A stretch of 64,000 bases of DNA from assembly GCA_907165135.1 (NCBI GenBank), contig OU015566.1:9858001-9922000 (forward strand). Reading direction: 5' to 3'. The notes beneath the pieces are model-generated. The model had not been told where the DNA came from. It made no database searches and saw nothing but the letters and a program-made list of their open reading frames with translations. Every line of letters starts with the position of its first letter. The stretch's first letter is position 1. Both the position numbers and the translations under genes were made by a program. Positions 39,001 to 51,116 of this stretch are shown here, piece by piece. Source of the DNA: Oikopleura dioica. Lineage: Eukaryota; Animalia; Chordata.

Positions 39001-39702
39001 ATGAGAGGTATTTTTAAATTATGTTTCCTATTGGAAAGCATATTCTGCGACGATAAATACATAACAGTACTTGCTCAATCAGAATCAACCGGCGTACCGT
39101 TGCTCAGCTACAAGATAAGTGCGGATGGAAGCTTTTATGAAGAGCAGAAGTTCGAGCTGCCGCTTGGAGAAACTCTAAGTGCCAGTGGGGTTGGTGTTGT
39201 CAGGAATCGAGATAGTAAATTTTGTTTATTGATGTGAGATCTAAGTCTATAGAATCTATATAGATTATACTATAGTATAGATTGATGAGTGTCACAAAAT
39301 TATTAAGAAATAAATGAGTAAATCATATTATTCGAAATTATAAAAATAGAAGTATACTCAGCTAAATAAATATTTTCTGGTTTTCACTTTTTGAAATAAA
39401 TCTCACCTTGCATCAAATTTTTTCTCATGTCAGGGGTGTCCTCTACATTTTCGGCGGTTATCCGAGCAACTTGAAAATCCTGCAGCTCGAATCTGGCTGC
39501 ACTTTCAGAAAGCTCCCCACATCCCTTCCTCTCCCCTTCGAAAGCTACTACGGCTCAACCGAATCGATCCGCGATAAGGGTATTCTACAAGAGCGCTTTG
39601 GAACTTGTTTGAATGACAAAACCATACTTTCATAGTTTTTCTATGCTTCGGAGGTGGCGGCTCAACCAGGAATTGCGCGACATGGGATGGTTCTAGAGCA
39701 AC
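39001..39702 (+). CDS. Secreted kelch-like beta-propeller protein, 5' exons (3' end not resolved)
   Basis: Exons 39001-39203, 39434-39579, 39636-39702. Short hydrophobic N-terminus. Motifs GVVR|GVLYIFGG and DK|VFLCFGG...RNCATWDG. First intron is GA-AG (230 bp), second is GT-AG (56 bp). Confidence 0.65.
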
Positions 39703-40370
39703 GTGAGTTAGAGCTTTTTTTCAAAAGTAGCAATCTTTTTTTTTTGTTTTGTTTTGTTTATTTATAAGTGCACTTATGGAAGGCAGTCGTACAGCGCCCC
39801 AATGAAGGGGTTCCGAGTCTTACGTACAGAGAGGATTTAAGCAGTTTTGCGTGTGTTCAATAAAGGGTAAGATAAAACTAAGCGGCATGGGACTTACTTC
39901 TGCGGGTGGCTTCGTGATCTGGGAACGACGGGGACTTCTCCATTCGGGATTACTTATTGCAGCGATGCGGACAGGCTTTACGAAGGCACGGCGCCAATCA
40001 GCTGCTTATCGTCGAAGGAGAGCCACTTTGTGTCGAAAATCGCCAGCATCGCCACCATCACACGCTTGCAGAGTCGTCCAGGATTCCTTCTTCTTCCATT
40101 GAGTTGTCTTTTCTATAAATTACTCAGCAAGACAATAAGTCGTAAATCTGACAGCTTTGTGAAAGAATTGATGGATGATATCCAAAACACATCGAAATCC
40201 GGAGACTAATGAAAAGTTGATGGAGAAGATTCTTGGGTGAAGAAGAGGACGTTTTATTTTTCATGAAAATAATTTCCTTTGTTAATTTTACAACAATGGA
40301 TCAACAGACGGTTCAAAAGTTTGATCACGTTCTACAACTTAATTATTAGCGAGATATCAGAAGACAATTC

Positions 40371-41573
40371 GTGGTGGGATATGACACTGAATTCATCATT
40401 CTATCTACTAATGACAACTACGCGGGGCCGAAGAAAGATTTACTGAAATCAATCTTCAAAAAAAGAAGTAGGTATCTCGAATGTGGAATCAATTTTTGTT
40501 TCAATCGGAAGTTCCACGTATCTGCCAATAGGTCGTTTGGGCAGGGAGTAGTATGGAAACGCACTTTACGAAAACGCTGCGAAATGCCAAGGTGTATTTT
40601 TGACCTTCGGTGAATCTGGCGGACTGGGCGAAGTACTTTCCCAAACTCATCATGATTTGGAAAGCGTTTGTGATGATCATGAAGCCTTGAAGTTCAAAAC
40701 AACTGATCATGCCGACTCTCACAGCCACTGTACCAGCCACTGGTATATGCCTTAAAGGAGATCGTCACGGAAATTCGATCGAAGAAGACGATCTCTGGCT
40801 GAACTCGATTCTTGCCATCGCCGAACTCGCAAATGAAAAATTAGAAAACACCTCGGACTACATTCCACTGACAATAATTCTTCAAGAAGGCTCAGCAAGA
40901 GAGCTTAAAATCCTAGCTTCATTATTGTTACTCTCTCCTATTCTCCAACCGACGCTTATTCTCCTCGATGGGACTGGAGGATTGGCTCAGCTTCTACAAA
41001 AATTGTAACCGGTTTTTGGCGGAATATTCTCAACCCGATGCGACAAAAAATGCAGCTCGAAGATACGCTCAGCTTATTTTAAACAGATACTCATACTTTG
41101 AAACATGATACTCGTCTGAAGTCGTTGCAAGTGTCACCAAAAATATTAGAAATTTTGAAGTCTTCTTGAGCTCTTGTCAATTTAAAGATGAAAGTGTCTA
41201 TGATATTAACGAGCTCATGGAGTCGGTGCAGAAGATCTTCACGAAATATTTCGTTCTAAGGACAGAAACGTCCAATGATTATAAAAAGCTAATCAATCTT
41301 TGCATCTATCCGAGCGTCCCAGTCAGTCAATTATCAAAAGACGACTGTATGCATCGCTGTCTTGAGTACAGTATCAGAACTGACAATATCCAAATCGCAG
41401 AAAATATGCTTGTCAAATCAGCGAACGACTATAACTTGGAATCATGGATGACGCAGTATGGAATTTACGACGCGTTTTTCGTAGAAACCTTTCGACTGGA
41501 CAACGCTGATTTTATGGGCCAAGTTCTCGATAATCAATCTAAAGACTATCTCGAAGACGAATTCATTAATTAA
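40371..41573 (+). pseudogene. TRPM-like channel N-terminal (SLOG/MHR) pseudogene fragment
   Basis: GVFLTFGESGGLGEVL, IPLTIILQEGSA...TLILLDGTGGLAQLL and CLEYSIRTDNIQIAENML...ETFRLDNADFMGQVLDN recall TRPM MHR1-4 motifs. Several stops and frameshifts. No transmembrane exons found. Confidence 0.55.
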
Positions 41574-42398
41574 CCGAAATTCGCTGACTACATTGCTTCA
41601 TGGATGACTTCAATGCAAAGTGGCTCGCTAAAGAAAGCGTCAAGTGTTGATTACAGATCAAAGATTGCGAAGAACAAAAGTGGGTTGAGATCAGTAAGTC
41701 CTCAGAAAATCAGCAAGACTTGACTTAATCTAATGACGGTTCGATAAACTGAACTTACTCTGGAATTTTGGGAGAACCAAAAACTCAATACACTAAGCGC
41801 TCAAAACACGTGGTCCAACTATCGGACCACAACGCATTATCCAGCTCCGCGCGGCGCGCCAAATTCAGAGTGTGAAAAAGAGCGCTCAGGACTTTTGGCT
41901 CTAATTGACGTGTCCGTCGAGTAAAAATTCTCGTAAATGTATTGCTGGAAAGCTTGAGCCCTCATCTATAAAAATCAGCCATTGTTTTTTGAAAAATCTG
42001 TTGCGATTTTCCATCAGAAAGCAAAATGAGCTCCGTGGCAAAACGCCACCACTTTTGAGTTTTCATTCGAAACTTCACAGAGTTGTTTGTTTCTGTCATA
42101 TCAGCTCACATTACAAAATTCAGGTCAAACATATATTTTCATAAAAAGTCCGAATCTCGCGACCGTTGACAAGGCTGTTGCTTTTTGATAATATCTGCCC
42201 AAGATTTCAAATCAATGTGAGGGTTCGCCCGAGTTTGTTTTTGAGTTTGTCCGGAATGTTTTTTCTTTGAAAAATATTTCAAAACATGCAGCTTTTATAC
42301 GTATTTAGCGTCTTACTCTAGTTTGAGGATTTGAAATCTCTTACTGTAGTTTGAGGAGTGTTTGTCATATGACAATGACTAGACTAGAGCATAGATCG

Positions 42399-42668
42399 TT
42401 TTGCCATACGAGGATGGACTTTCCAGATAGTGTTTTTTGCCATACGAGGATGGACTTCTCAGATAGTGTTTTTTTGCCATACGAGGATGGACTTTCCAGA
42501 TAGTGTTTTTTGCCATACGATGATGGACTTCTCAGATAGTGTATTTTTGCCATACGAGGATGGACTTTCCAGATAGTGTTTTTTTTGCCATACGAGGATG
42601 GACTTTCCAGATAGTGTTTTTTTTTTTTTCTTGCCATACGTGGCTGGACTTTCAAGATGGTGTTTTTT
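42399..42668. repeat. Minisatellite, 7 units of ~36-38 bp
   Basis: Unit TTGCCATACGAGGATGGACTTTCCAGATAGTG(T)n, with GCCATACG at 42403, 42439, 42476, 42512, 42549, 42587 and 42633. Confidence 0.95.
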
Positions 42669-45600
42669 GAGGCGCTCAAACGAGCTGATGAATAAGTTGA
42701 GTCGACTGTGGCTTAAAGTGTATAATATGTACTGTTTATTATATTAAATATAATATGCACTTAAAAATAAACAAAATAAGAACATAATATAAGTTCAAAA
42801 ATGTTTCTCTCGACAAGAATATAAAGTTGGTCTCTTTTTTGAAATTTTTATCTCTTTTCGGTTTTCATAGAAAGTCGTTTTTTAAAAACGTGGCGCTCTC
42901 CAGCGCTGCACCGGGAAAACGGTTCTTTCTTGAAGGGTTTTGGAGGCTGAAACACATGTGAGTCACATGTTTGGGAAAAGGTTTTTAAATTGATGATAAA
43001 TTAATGATACCATTACTATTTTTTCAATATAACAGTTTTGAGTCAACGATTCATGACCCAAAATAAGGGATTATTTTCGGCGCTTAAATTTTTTTCCAAT
43101 TAAAACTAATTGAGCTTAAATTTGACACGAAATAAGCCTTAGTTGATTGAAGCGAAACATTGCAAATTTTTCATCAAGTCCTTGATGTCCTTTATTTAAA
43201 AACCTTCTGTTCTGATCGATCTGCAGCTATGAATCTCAACTCCTCGCAGTAGGACCTGTTCAAGAACTCTTTCCTTTACTACTTGATTTCAACATAGACA
43301 TTTTATTTTCTATCTACAAGTCCTTTGATCCTCTCCTTCCAGGAGACACTCGACTCCGGGACTCTCTCTAGGTTTAAACTGAACACAGTGAAAGGCGGAA
43401 GCTACTCAAGCTCCACGACAACGGAAATTCTTCAAGCCAATTCTTGGTACCAATTTGAGACATCTAGCCATCCAGTGTAGGGAACTTTCTTTGATTCAAT
43501 AGACAAGATAAAACTTACAGCAATTTTTCAGAGGACATGAAGATGGATAAACGGGCACAAAAAAATTCTAAACAAGGAAACGATATTTTCTTGAGCCAAT
43601 AAAAGAGCTTGCGTTTCTGTCGATAACGGAGTGCTGACTGTAGGCGGAAAACAAAGCCCGAGCGGTGTTTATTTATTTCACAATTTTGAGTGGTCACACG
43701 TTGGTTTTATGCTCAAGGTATGTTTTGGACAGCTCTCAAATCCACGTGTTTCCCTTCTTTTAGCAAGTCAGATACAACTCGGCGATTTTTACGGGCTTAT
43801 CTGTGATCGTCGTTCCTGGTTACCCAACTCGTGATGTTCAGAAATTCGCATGGACAGGAGAATCCGTTGAGAATGCTCAATTATTGATGAAGCAAGAAAC
43901 TTACGATGTTCAATACCCTCTTCTCTTTTCTCTGCCACATGTCACGTGCCCAAAGCAACACTGAAGGAAACATTATAGAACTTTTCGTTATTATTTTCTT
44001 CAAAGTGCATTTTCAGACGTTTGACCAAAGAGAGGCTAAAATAAGGTTAACGTTGATAACACTCTAAATCTGCAAGTGGTAGTTATTTGAAGACTTAACC
44101 CCAGTGGCGCGCAATTTACGTCTTTGGCGGTTCGCGCCTCGCAACCGGTTGCTCCGTCAATAACTACGCATCTCGAAGAAAGCAGGTGCGCGGTAGCCAA
44201 GCGGATTTTGTGGCTTTATTTCTCACCTTTATTTTTGCGAAAAACGATTTTCAAGAAAATTACCTCACAGTAATAAAATAAGTGCTTTTCAATTACAAAA
44301 GAAGTAATCTATTTTAATCATTATTTGATCCAAAATAATAGATAATTACTACCTATTGACGAGTCAAATGATGAATATAATATTTCTTAATTTTCGAGCG
44401 AAAACTATTTCTCCCAGAAAAATACTAATTAATTAATCAGGTTCGAGTTACCTTCTTGGTCATGTCAACACCGAGCGGTGAATAGTTCATGAGCGAGTTG
44501 ATAAATTTGAAATGAACACGAGCCCCCTTTCTCTTCCTTCTAAAGATTCTTTCCCTCCTTCCTCATTTGATTTCCCTGTTCCATTTTTTTCTGCTCAGAT
44601 TCTATTTTATTCGCTAGAAGAGAAATTGACAGAGAATGACACTTTGGGCCGTGTCCTCCCAGGATCCGCGATAACTAGAGTTTCGCAAGAAGCTCAATAA
44701 GTGCCGAGTTAAACGAGAAAAGCTTATCCGCAGTAAGCACCGACTCAGACTGATATAAGTCCTTATCGCCTCTTCCAGCACTAGACTTTTCGTCCACTTT
44801 TGTTTTCAGGAGTTTTTGTTGTCAAATCTTTATCTAAATAGCGAGGAACAGCTCAGGAAGATTAATTTTCAAAATTCGAATTTCTCAAGGGTCAATTTTT
44901 TTGAAATCATCATATTCAATGTTTCAGTATGTAGTAGACAAAGATAAGTCTATTTTATCAAAGGGATATTAACGATAAATAAAATGGCCGTACACAAGTC
45001 GCAGGTGGATTTTCCGCTGTATTTGAGTGGATTCTGTTTCTGGATAAAATAATCAACAGCAGTACCAAGTACAATACCAAGTAATGGATAAAATAACGGG
45101 CGAAAAGAATATTTCTTGGGAAACTACCAACGCGGCAAAAAAAATTAACCATGTGTTAGAAGAAAATATTTTGCCTGGTAAAACATGTGTAAAAAGTCAC
45201 ATGTTTCTTAGGAGCTTAGGTTGAGAAAAATTACTAAAGAACCATAAAAAAACAAAATTAACAGCCAAAAAGTATTTTATCATATGTCTTCAAATTATAA
45301 AAGATGTTCTAAAAATTATTATTTGCATGTCCCAACCAGGACTTATTTCCATGAATACTACTGGCCTGAGCTTTTTCAAAGCTAGATATCTTTGAGATTC
45401 TCCATCAAATTTGTTAATTTAAATTTCTAGAGCTAAAAATAAAGACAATATTTTTTTGAATATAATACAGCCATATATAGATTTCGTAGTAGATCATCGA
45501 AATCATAGTCATTCTATTCCTATAATTAATTTAACTTATTGAAAACAAGATAAAATAATTTTTTAAGTCCCGAAAAAGAAGGGATTTGTATTTCTAGAGC

Positions 45601-47203
45601 CAATTCTGATAACTATAAGTATCATTATCTTGCTTTATTTTAGTATATTGGAGTCATAGGATTAGATGTCAATGTCAACAGTCAATGGAAAAGTTATCCG
45701 GACATTTTAATAAGTTAAATTTCGGCTAACGAATCTTTGGAGTCCCTGATAAAGAGAGGGGACACGCTAGTTCAAAAATAATGCGCCTTTTAGTAGTTTT
45801 AGACTCAATCAAAAATAATATTAATGACCGATGACAAGGTCTACTAAACATCGCGTTTATAGGATCATGCGCGAAAGGCGAGTAATTAGTAAGTGGGTGC
45901 ATGCAAGTTATTTTTGATCAATCTAAAGCGATTGCGCAAATTCAAGAAAGTGGGGCCAACTCAGCGCTGGATGCAAATTCAATAGCAGCCCTTCCTTGCC
46001 TCTTAGTCGACAATTGATTGTCAATAACAACGGAAAATGGGGAGACGACTACTGCGACAACGGCCGATCATGTAGCAATTACGCTCTTGCGGCCTTAGTA
46101 AGACACGTAACATATTTATGAAAACTCCAAAGCGATTACCTAACTGTTAGAAGGAGACATAACAACTTGCCAATTACCATGTAAGCAATAACAAACACAA
46201 TTAACAACTGAGGATCTCTAGATTAGAAATTGCATTTTCATTTTCTATGGGACACCATAAAGTTGCTAAATCAAACTAAACATTAAGTCTTTTAAATTCT
46301 CATTTAATTTGTTATTATTCATAATCTCGCCAACCTACAGCAGCTTTCGCTTGCTTAGATTTATTCTTAATATTTGGCAAAAACCCTCAAAGGGTACCTT
46401 TATTTCTGAACCCTCTTTCTAGAGCTTAGAGCTAGAAATCATAAAAGATCTTTTATGAACTCGATTTGATCATTTTCTTGCATTCAATCGATTATGGTAT
46501 TGACCTAAAACGTACATGATTAGCTAATATTTTCAGATCCCAGTTAATTAATTCTAGGGGTCACGTGATCAGAGCCCTTGAAAGTTTAAAGCCAGTAATG
46601 CCCGAAAAAACGATGAGAATCACTTTTTCTTCTGAAAAATTCGAAGTGCTGGGCAATTAGGCTCATTTTGGCCACTATTGTGCGAAAAACAACAATCTCA
46701 GAGAGAATAGGATGATGGTCAATCGGATTGACCATCATTCAAAAAAAAATGTGTATTTTGATGTTTCAAGAGAAATGTTGATCAGAATCGCGACCGCGGA
46801 ATTGGCGAAAGTTCCAGGGGTTCCAATTAAACATTTGCGAAATTTGGTAGAGGCGATAAGCGACCAACAAAATGGCTGATAGGCGGTGATCTGCCGCTGT
46901 GTCCCGCTGGGGTCAGCGTGAGCACCCACATACTATGTCCAGCGGTGGTGCGGACAGCGGTTTCCGGGCTACCCGACCCAGAAATTCGGCATTGTCTCAC
47001 CTTACAATTTAGTAGCTCACTCAAGCGTTCCACCAAGCTCTGACTAAGAGACCGACGAGGGGAAAGAATTCACGCCGGAGCTGACTTACATAGTAGACGC
47101 AGAAATTCACCTACAAATGGGTTGATTGAGAAGGACGGAGATTTTTGACGAACCAAACTCCAAACTTTACTAAGACGTGTCCTTCCATAGTTCTCGGTTT
47201 TAA

Positions 47204-47939
47204 GGGACCCGGTTAGGTAGCGCCGCGCCGAACTTCATGCGCTCGCCGTTATTCTTGCGAATGGGATTTTTCAAATTTTCTTTTTGCAAATGATATCTAC
47301 AGCTCTTCAGCTTTCTCATTCAGTTTTCCGTTTTTCTCTATCATCACTCATTGATGAGCTAGATCAAAAAAAAGGAGCGCAACTTCAAAAGGCATCAAGT
47401 CCTGCAAATTTTATTTTATCTTTTAGAAACCTGCACCATTAAAAAGCCCATGAAATTCTCTACAGATTCCACCTAATGCGCAAAGCTGAAACAGTACTAA
47501 TAAGCGATACGGGTCATACAAACAAAAATTCCTAGCGCGCGCCCTGCTGGAATCATGTCTCAGGAGCCCAAAATAGCGTCCTGCCGCGCCGCGCCGTGCT
47601 GAGCGCGCTAAGATCTCTGGTTTATCAGCCTTTAATCCGAAATATGTAATGTTTCAGCTTTGCGCATTAGGTGGAATCTGTAGAAAATTTCAAGGGCTTT
47701 TTAATGGTGCAGATTTCTAAAAGACAAAATAAAATTTGCAGGACTTGATGCCTTTTGAAGTTGCGCTCCCCTTTTTTGATCTAGCTCATCAATGAGTGGT
47801 GATAGAGAAAAACGGAAAACTGAATGAGAAAGCTGAAGAGCTGTAGATATCATTTGGAAAAAGAAAATTTGAAAAATCCCATTCCCAAGAATAACGGCGA
47901 GCGCTTGAAGTTCGGCGCGGCGCTACCTAACCGGGTCCC
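47204..47939. mobile_element. Kolobok-like non-autonomous element, 736 bp, ~294-bp TIRs, TTAA TSD
   Basis: TTAA|GGGACCCGGTTAGG ... CCTAACCGGGTCCC|TTAA. Arms 47200-47497 and 47646-47943 are colinear with about 11 substitutions. RR...YY termini with TTAA TSD fit Kolobok rather than piggyBac (CCC...GGG). Confidence 0.8.
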
Positions 47940-49231
47940 TTAACCTCAAATGATCTCAAAAAAAGGAAATAATAATAATAAACTTTTTGGTCCTGAACTA
48001 TGAAATTTCGCGCAAAACTATCGCTGAAAATTGTACTAAGAAATGAACCCCTTTGAAAACCTTCTGAAGTTCTGAAAACCGTCCCCAATTTGTTGGGACA
48101 TGTGTGGCACCCAAGTGGCTAAACCACGTCTCCGGAAATCGGCTCCCCTTTGATCCCCATCCTCTAATGCCCCTCGTAAACTGGTAAATTGAGCGCCCGC
48201 TCGTTTCCTCTCTATTTTTATTCGAACCTTTTCGCCAAAAAATGATGAGACAATCGCCGACAGATGGTGATAGAGAATAAACAAAAAGAGGAAGAAAACA
48301 AAAAAGAGAGAGAGTCGAAGATCTGTCTTTTTAATTTTCATTGATAGAGGGTGAATTTTACGATCGGACGAGCTACTAGAGCTTTTGAGAGAAACAGCAT
48401 CTATCAGAAAGTTTTTTTGATTGAAAGAGAATCATCCAAAAAACCTGTTGAAAGTAGTGTCAGATTTAGAGTTCAGTTCTTCTTTTAGCTTTTCTTAAAA
48501 ATAGGCCCAGTCTCTAAACTCAATTACTTTATTATTTAGAATAAAACACAGCCGCTACGCTAGGTGTTAAAATACCGCAATAAATGAAAAAGGGAAACAA
48601 AGTGGGATTAGAAACAATATTTTGCCCAAGCAGAGTTGACACCGAATTCCGTGTTCGGAGCAAACTAAACACAAGATCATCCTCATTTTCCTTTTATCCG
48701 TTAAAATGGCGACTCATAAAAAATTCGTTAAAATGAGAACTCCCTGTTTCATTTTCAAGAATCTAAAATTTCGGCTTTCAAAGGGGTCAAATACTCTTTT
48801 AAGCTGAATTAAATTAATATGTAAGAGTTCTTACTATGCTGTCTATCCCCTTAACAATCGTGTCTCCATTTTCAACCCTTTTTTCGTGAATGAAAAACGT
48901 CGTTGATCTCTTATCTAGTAGCTTTAGGAAGTCCTTGAAAAAAAAGCTCCCTTTGAAAAGTCATGTTTTTTCATGAACTATGAACTAGCACAACTATAAT
49001 TAGAATATTCAAATTCATCGCTAATAACATCCTGCACTGCTTCGGCAAAAATGATATTCCAGTAAGAGGATAACAAGAATTTTATCTCCGGAACTAAATT
49101 TTTAGAAAAAGCTGAGTTTCGTTCAATTTCATGAGAAAAACATTTCCACTCGTTTTTTCCAAAATATCAAGCTGGTGTCAGTTCCAAGCTCAAAACAGGT
49201 GCCACTTTTTGGGTTAATTTGCGAGCTGCTA

Positions 49232-49445
49232 CAGGCCTGGACTAGTTTTGAGTCGCGATAGGCGACGTCATAGCAGCACCTCAGCCAACTATCAAGAATT
49301 CCTATCGTCCGGCCCAAGGATGAAGTTTAAAACGCGCGCAAATGTGAGCCTTCTGATTTGTGGTCCAGATGATAGGAATTCTTGATAGCTGGCTGAGGCG
49401 TTGCTATGACGTCGCCTATCGCGACTCAAAATTAGTCCAGGCCTG
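49232..49445. mobile_element. Tc1/mariner-like MITE, 214 bp, 75-bp TIRs
   Basis: TA|CAGGCCTGGAC...GTCCAGGCCTG|TA. Arms 49232-49306 and 49371-49445 with 4 mismatches. Confidence 0.88.
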
Positions 49446-50226
49446 TAAATATGTCGAAATTTCGCGCCCGAGTTCCCGCTTTTTAGAAATGGGAGTCCAA
49501 CTCGAGACGGAAATAGAATTAGAAATGGGAAACTGAAATATGTTATGTAAAACACGCTTTTTGAACGCGTAAAAGTTATGTTTTGGAAACTTTCGAAAAA
49601 TCCACCCTACTGTAGATCGCCCAATGAGTATGTTATCTTTTCGTTTCTAAAATCAAATTTCGGCTTTGACAAAATTTTATCAGAAATAAATTTAGAAAAT
49701 GAAGATGTTCAAAAAGGTGTCCGCGGGTATTTCTAGCTGTGTGATCCCGAAAACGTTGAAATAACACGATAACGTGGCCGAGCAATAATTAGGGTAAATG
49801 ATAAATTTTGACAGAATTCACGCGGAAAAACGTGAAAATTGAACCCCTTCCCGTGGCTACACATTTTTTGAGTTTATCTTGAGTTGAATCAAGTTCAATC
49901 ATCATCAATTCTTTTATCGCAAATTCACGCAGCGAAAGCGACGTTTTCGTGGAACTTGAACCGTCTAAAAGCAGCCCTAATTATCGCCCGCGAAATGTTA
50001 CATGATGATATCTACCAAAAAACGCCAGTAGAACGCACCAAAGAAGCCATGAGAAAAAAAATCTTGCGCCCAAGTTCAACCCTAATCGCGCGGCCATCTA
50101 ATCATCCACCTGACAATTTTCTAAAGAGAGATACAAAATGTACACATTGCTTTTTCACAAATTCATTCTAAATTGCTCCAGAATTTCGCAAATTCAAATG
50201 AACAAAAGTAAATTCTTTGAGATTAA

Positions 50227-50275
50227 GGGTGTCAACAAGACTTCTGAATATTTGGGGAAATCAACGTTGACACCC
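50227..50275. mobile_element. Minimal 49-bp TTAA-flanked element (GGGTGTCAAC TIR)
   Basis: TTAA|GGGTGTCAAC-29 nt-GTTGACACCC|TTAA. The same terminus recurs alone at 12625-12638 (rc), 53788-53801 and, with a variant, 34788-34799. Confidence 0.65.
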
Positions 50276-51116
50276 TTAAAACTCTATAAATCACCAGAAA
50301 TGAATAGTTCAGATGCTGATTACGGTTTTGGTGTATTCATCTCCAGAAAAGATAATAAAAAAACTTAATTAAAAGTCAATGAAGCGTACTCAAGCCCAAA
50401 GTGAGTAGCCCCACTGAATTTACGTTTACGATCGTTTTCGGTTTCAATGCTTCATCGCTCGTAAACTTGAGCTCAATAATAAACTCCAGAGATAGATTTA
50501 TGCGGCACACGGGTGTTTTGTCAATCGCAAAAATCGTCTGATCATCTTTTCCCGTAAAAACGATGCTCCAAAAAAGAGATAAAACTCACACTTTCGGCGA
50601 AAAAGAAATTTTAATTTTTTACTTTGAACCAATCAAAATGCTTAAAAATTTCCAACAGCGCCATCCAACGAGAATTTTTTTACCAAAAATTTTTTATCAA
50701 GGATGGTTAAATTTATTCTAGTAAAGCTCTCAGTATAGACGTAAGGAAGTTCCATGATTCGGTCCTTTGTTTTCTGATGAATGGGGGCTTTCAATACTCG
50801 CGTGTTGAAAAAGGCCGAATTTCAGAAAGAGCAACGCTTGGGTTTTCTGATGGCAAATAAAAATGTTCGAGAGAAATGACTTTATTTAATAATTTACTAC
50901 CGGATTAAGAAGCCGGTGATTAATAAAAGCGTCAATGATTATACTTTATCGCGCCCTTGGTGATTCACCTTCTTACCGGGTGTTCTCAATCACCAGAGAA
51001 GAACCTTCTCATTTTTCGCTGAATCATTATCCTTTTTTTACTATTTATACCTGCTTCGCCGATGAACGATTCATTCTTAATCTAACGAAAGATTATTTTC
51101 AGAAAATTATTAAAAA

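Noticed and set aside
42399-42668. CRISPR-like array
   Set aside because: Units are contiguous with no unique spacers, the context is eukaryotic and there are no cas genes; it is a minisatellite.
38161-45766. Shared 14-mer AGAGAGGGGACACG at 38161 and 45753
   Set aside because: Only two copies, same orientation, no flanking similarity; several chance 14-mer pairs are expected in 64 kb.
47200-47943. piggyBac assignment for the TTAA-flanked element
   Set aside because: piggyBac ends are CCC...GGG; here they are GGG...CCC.
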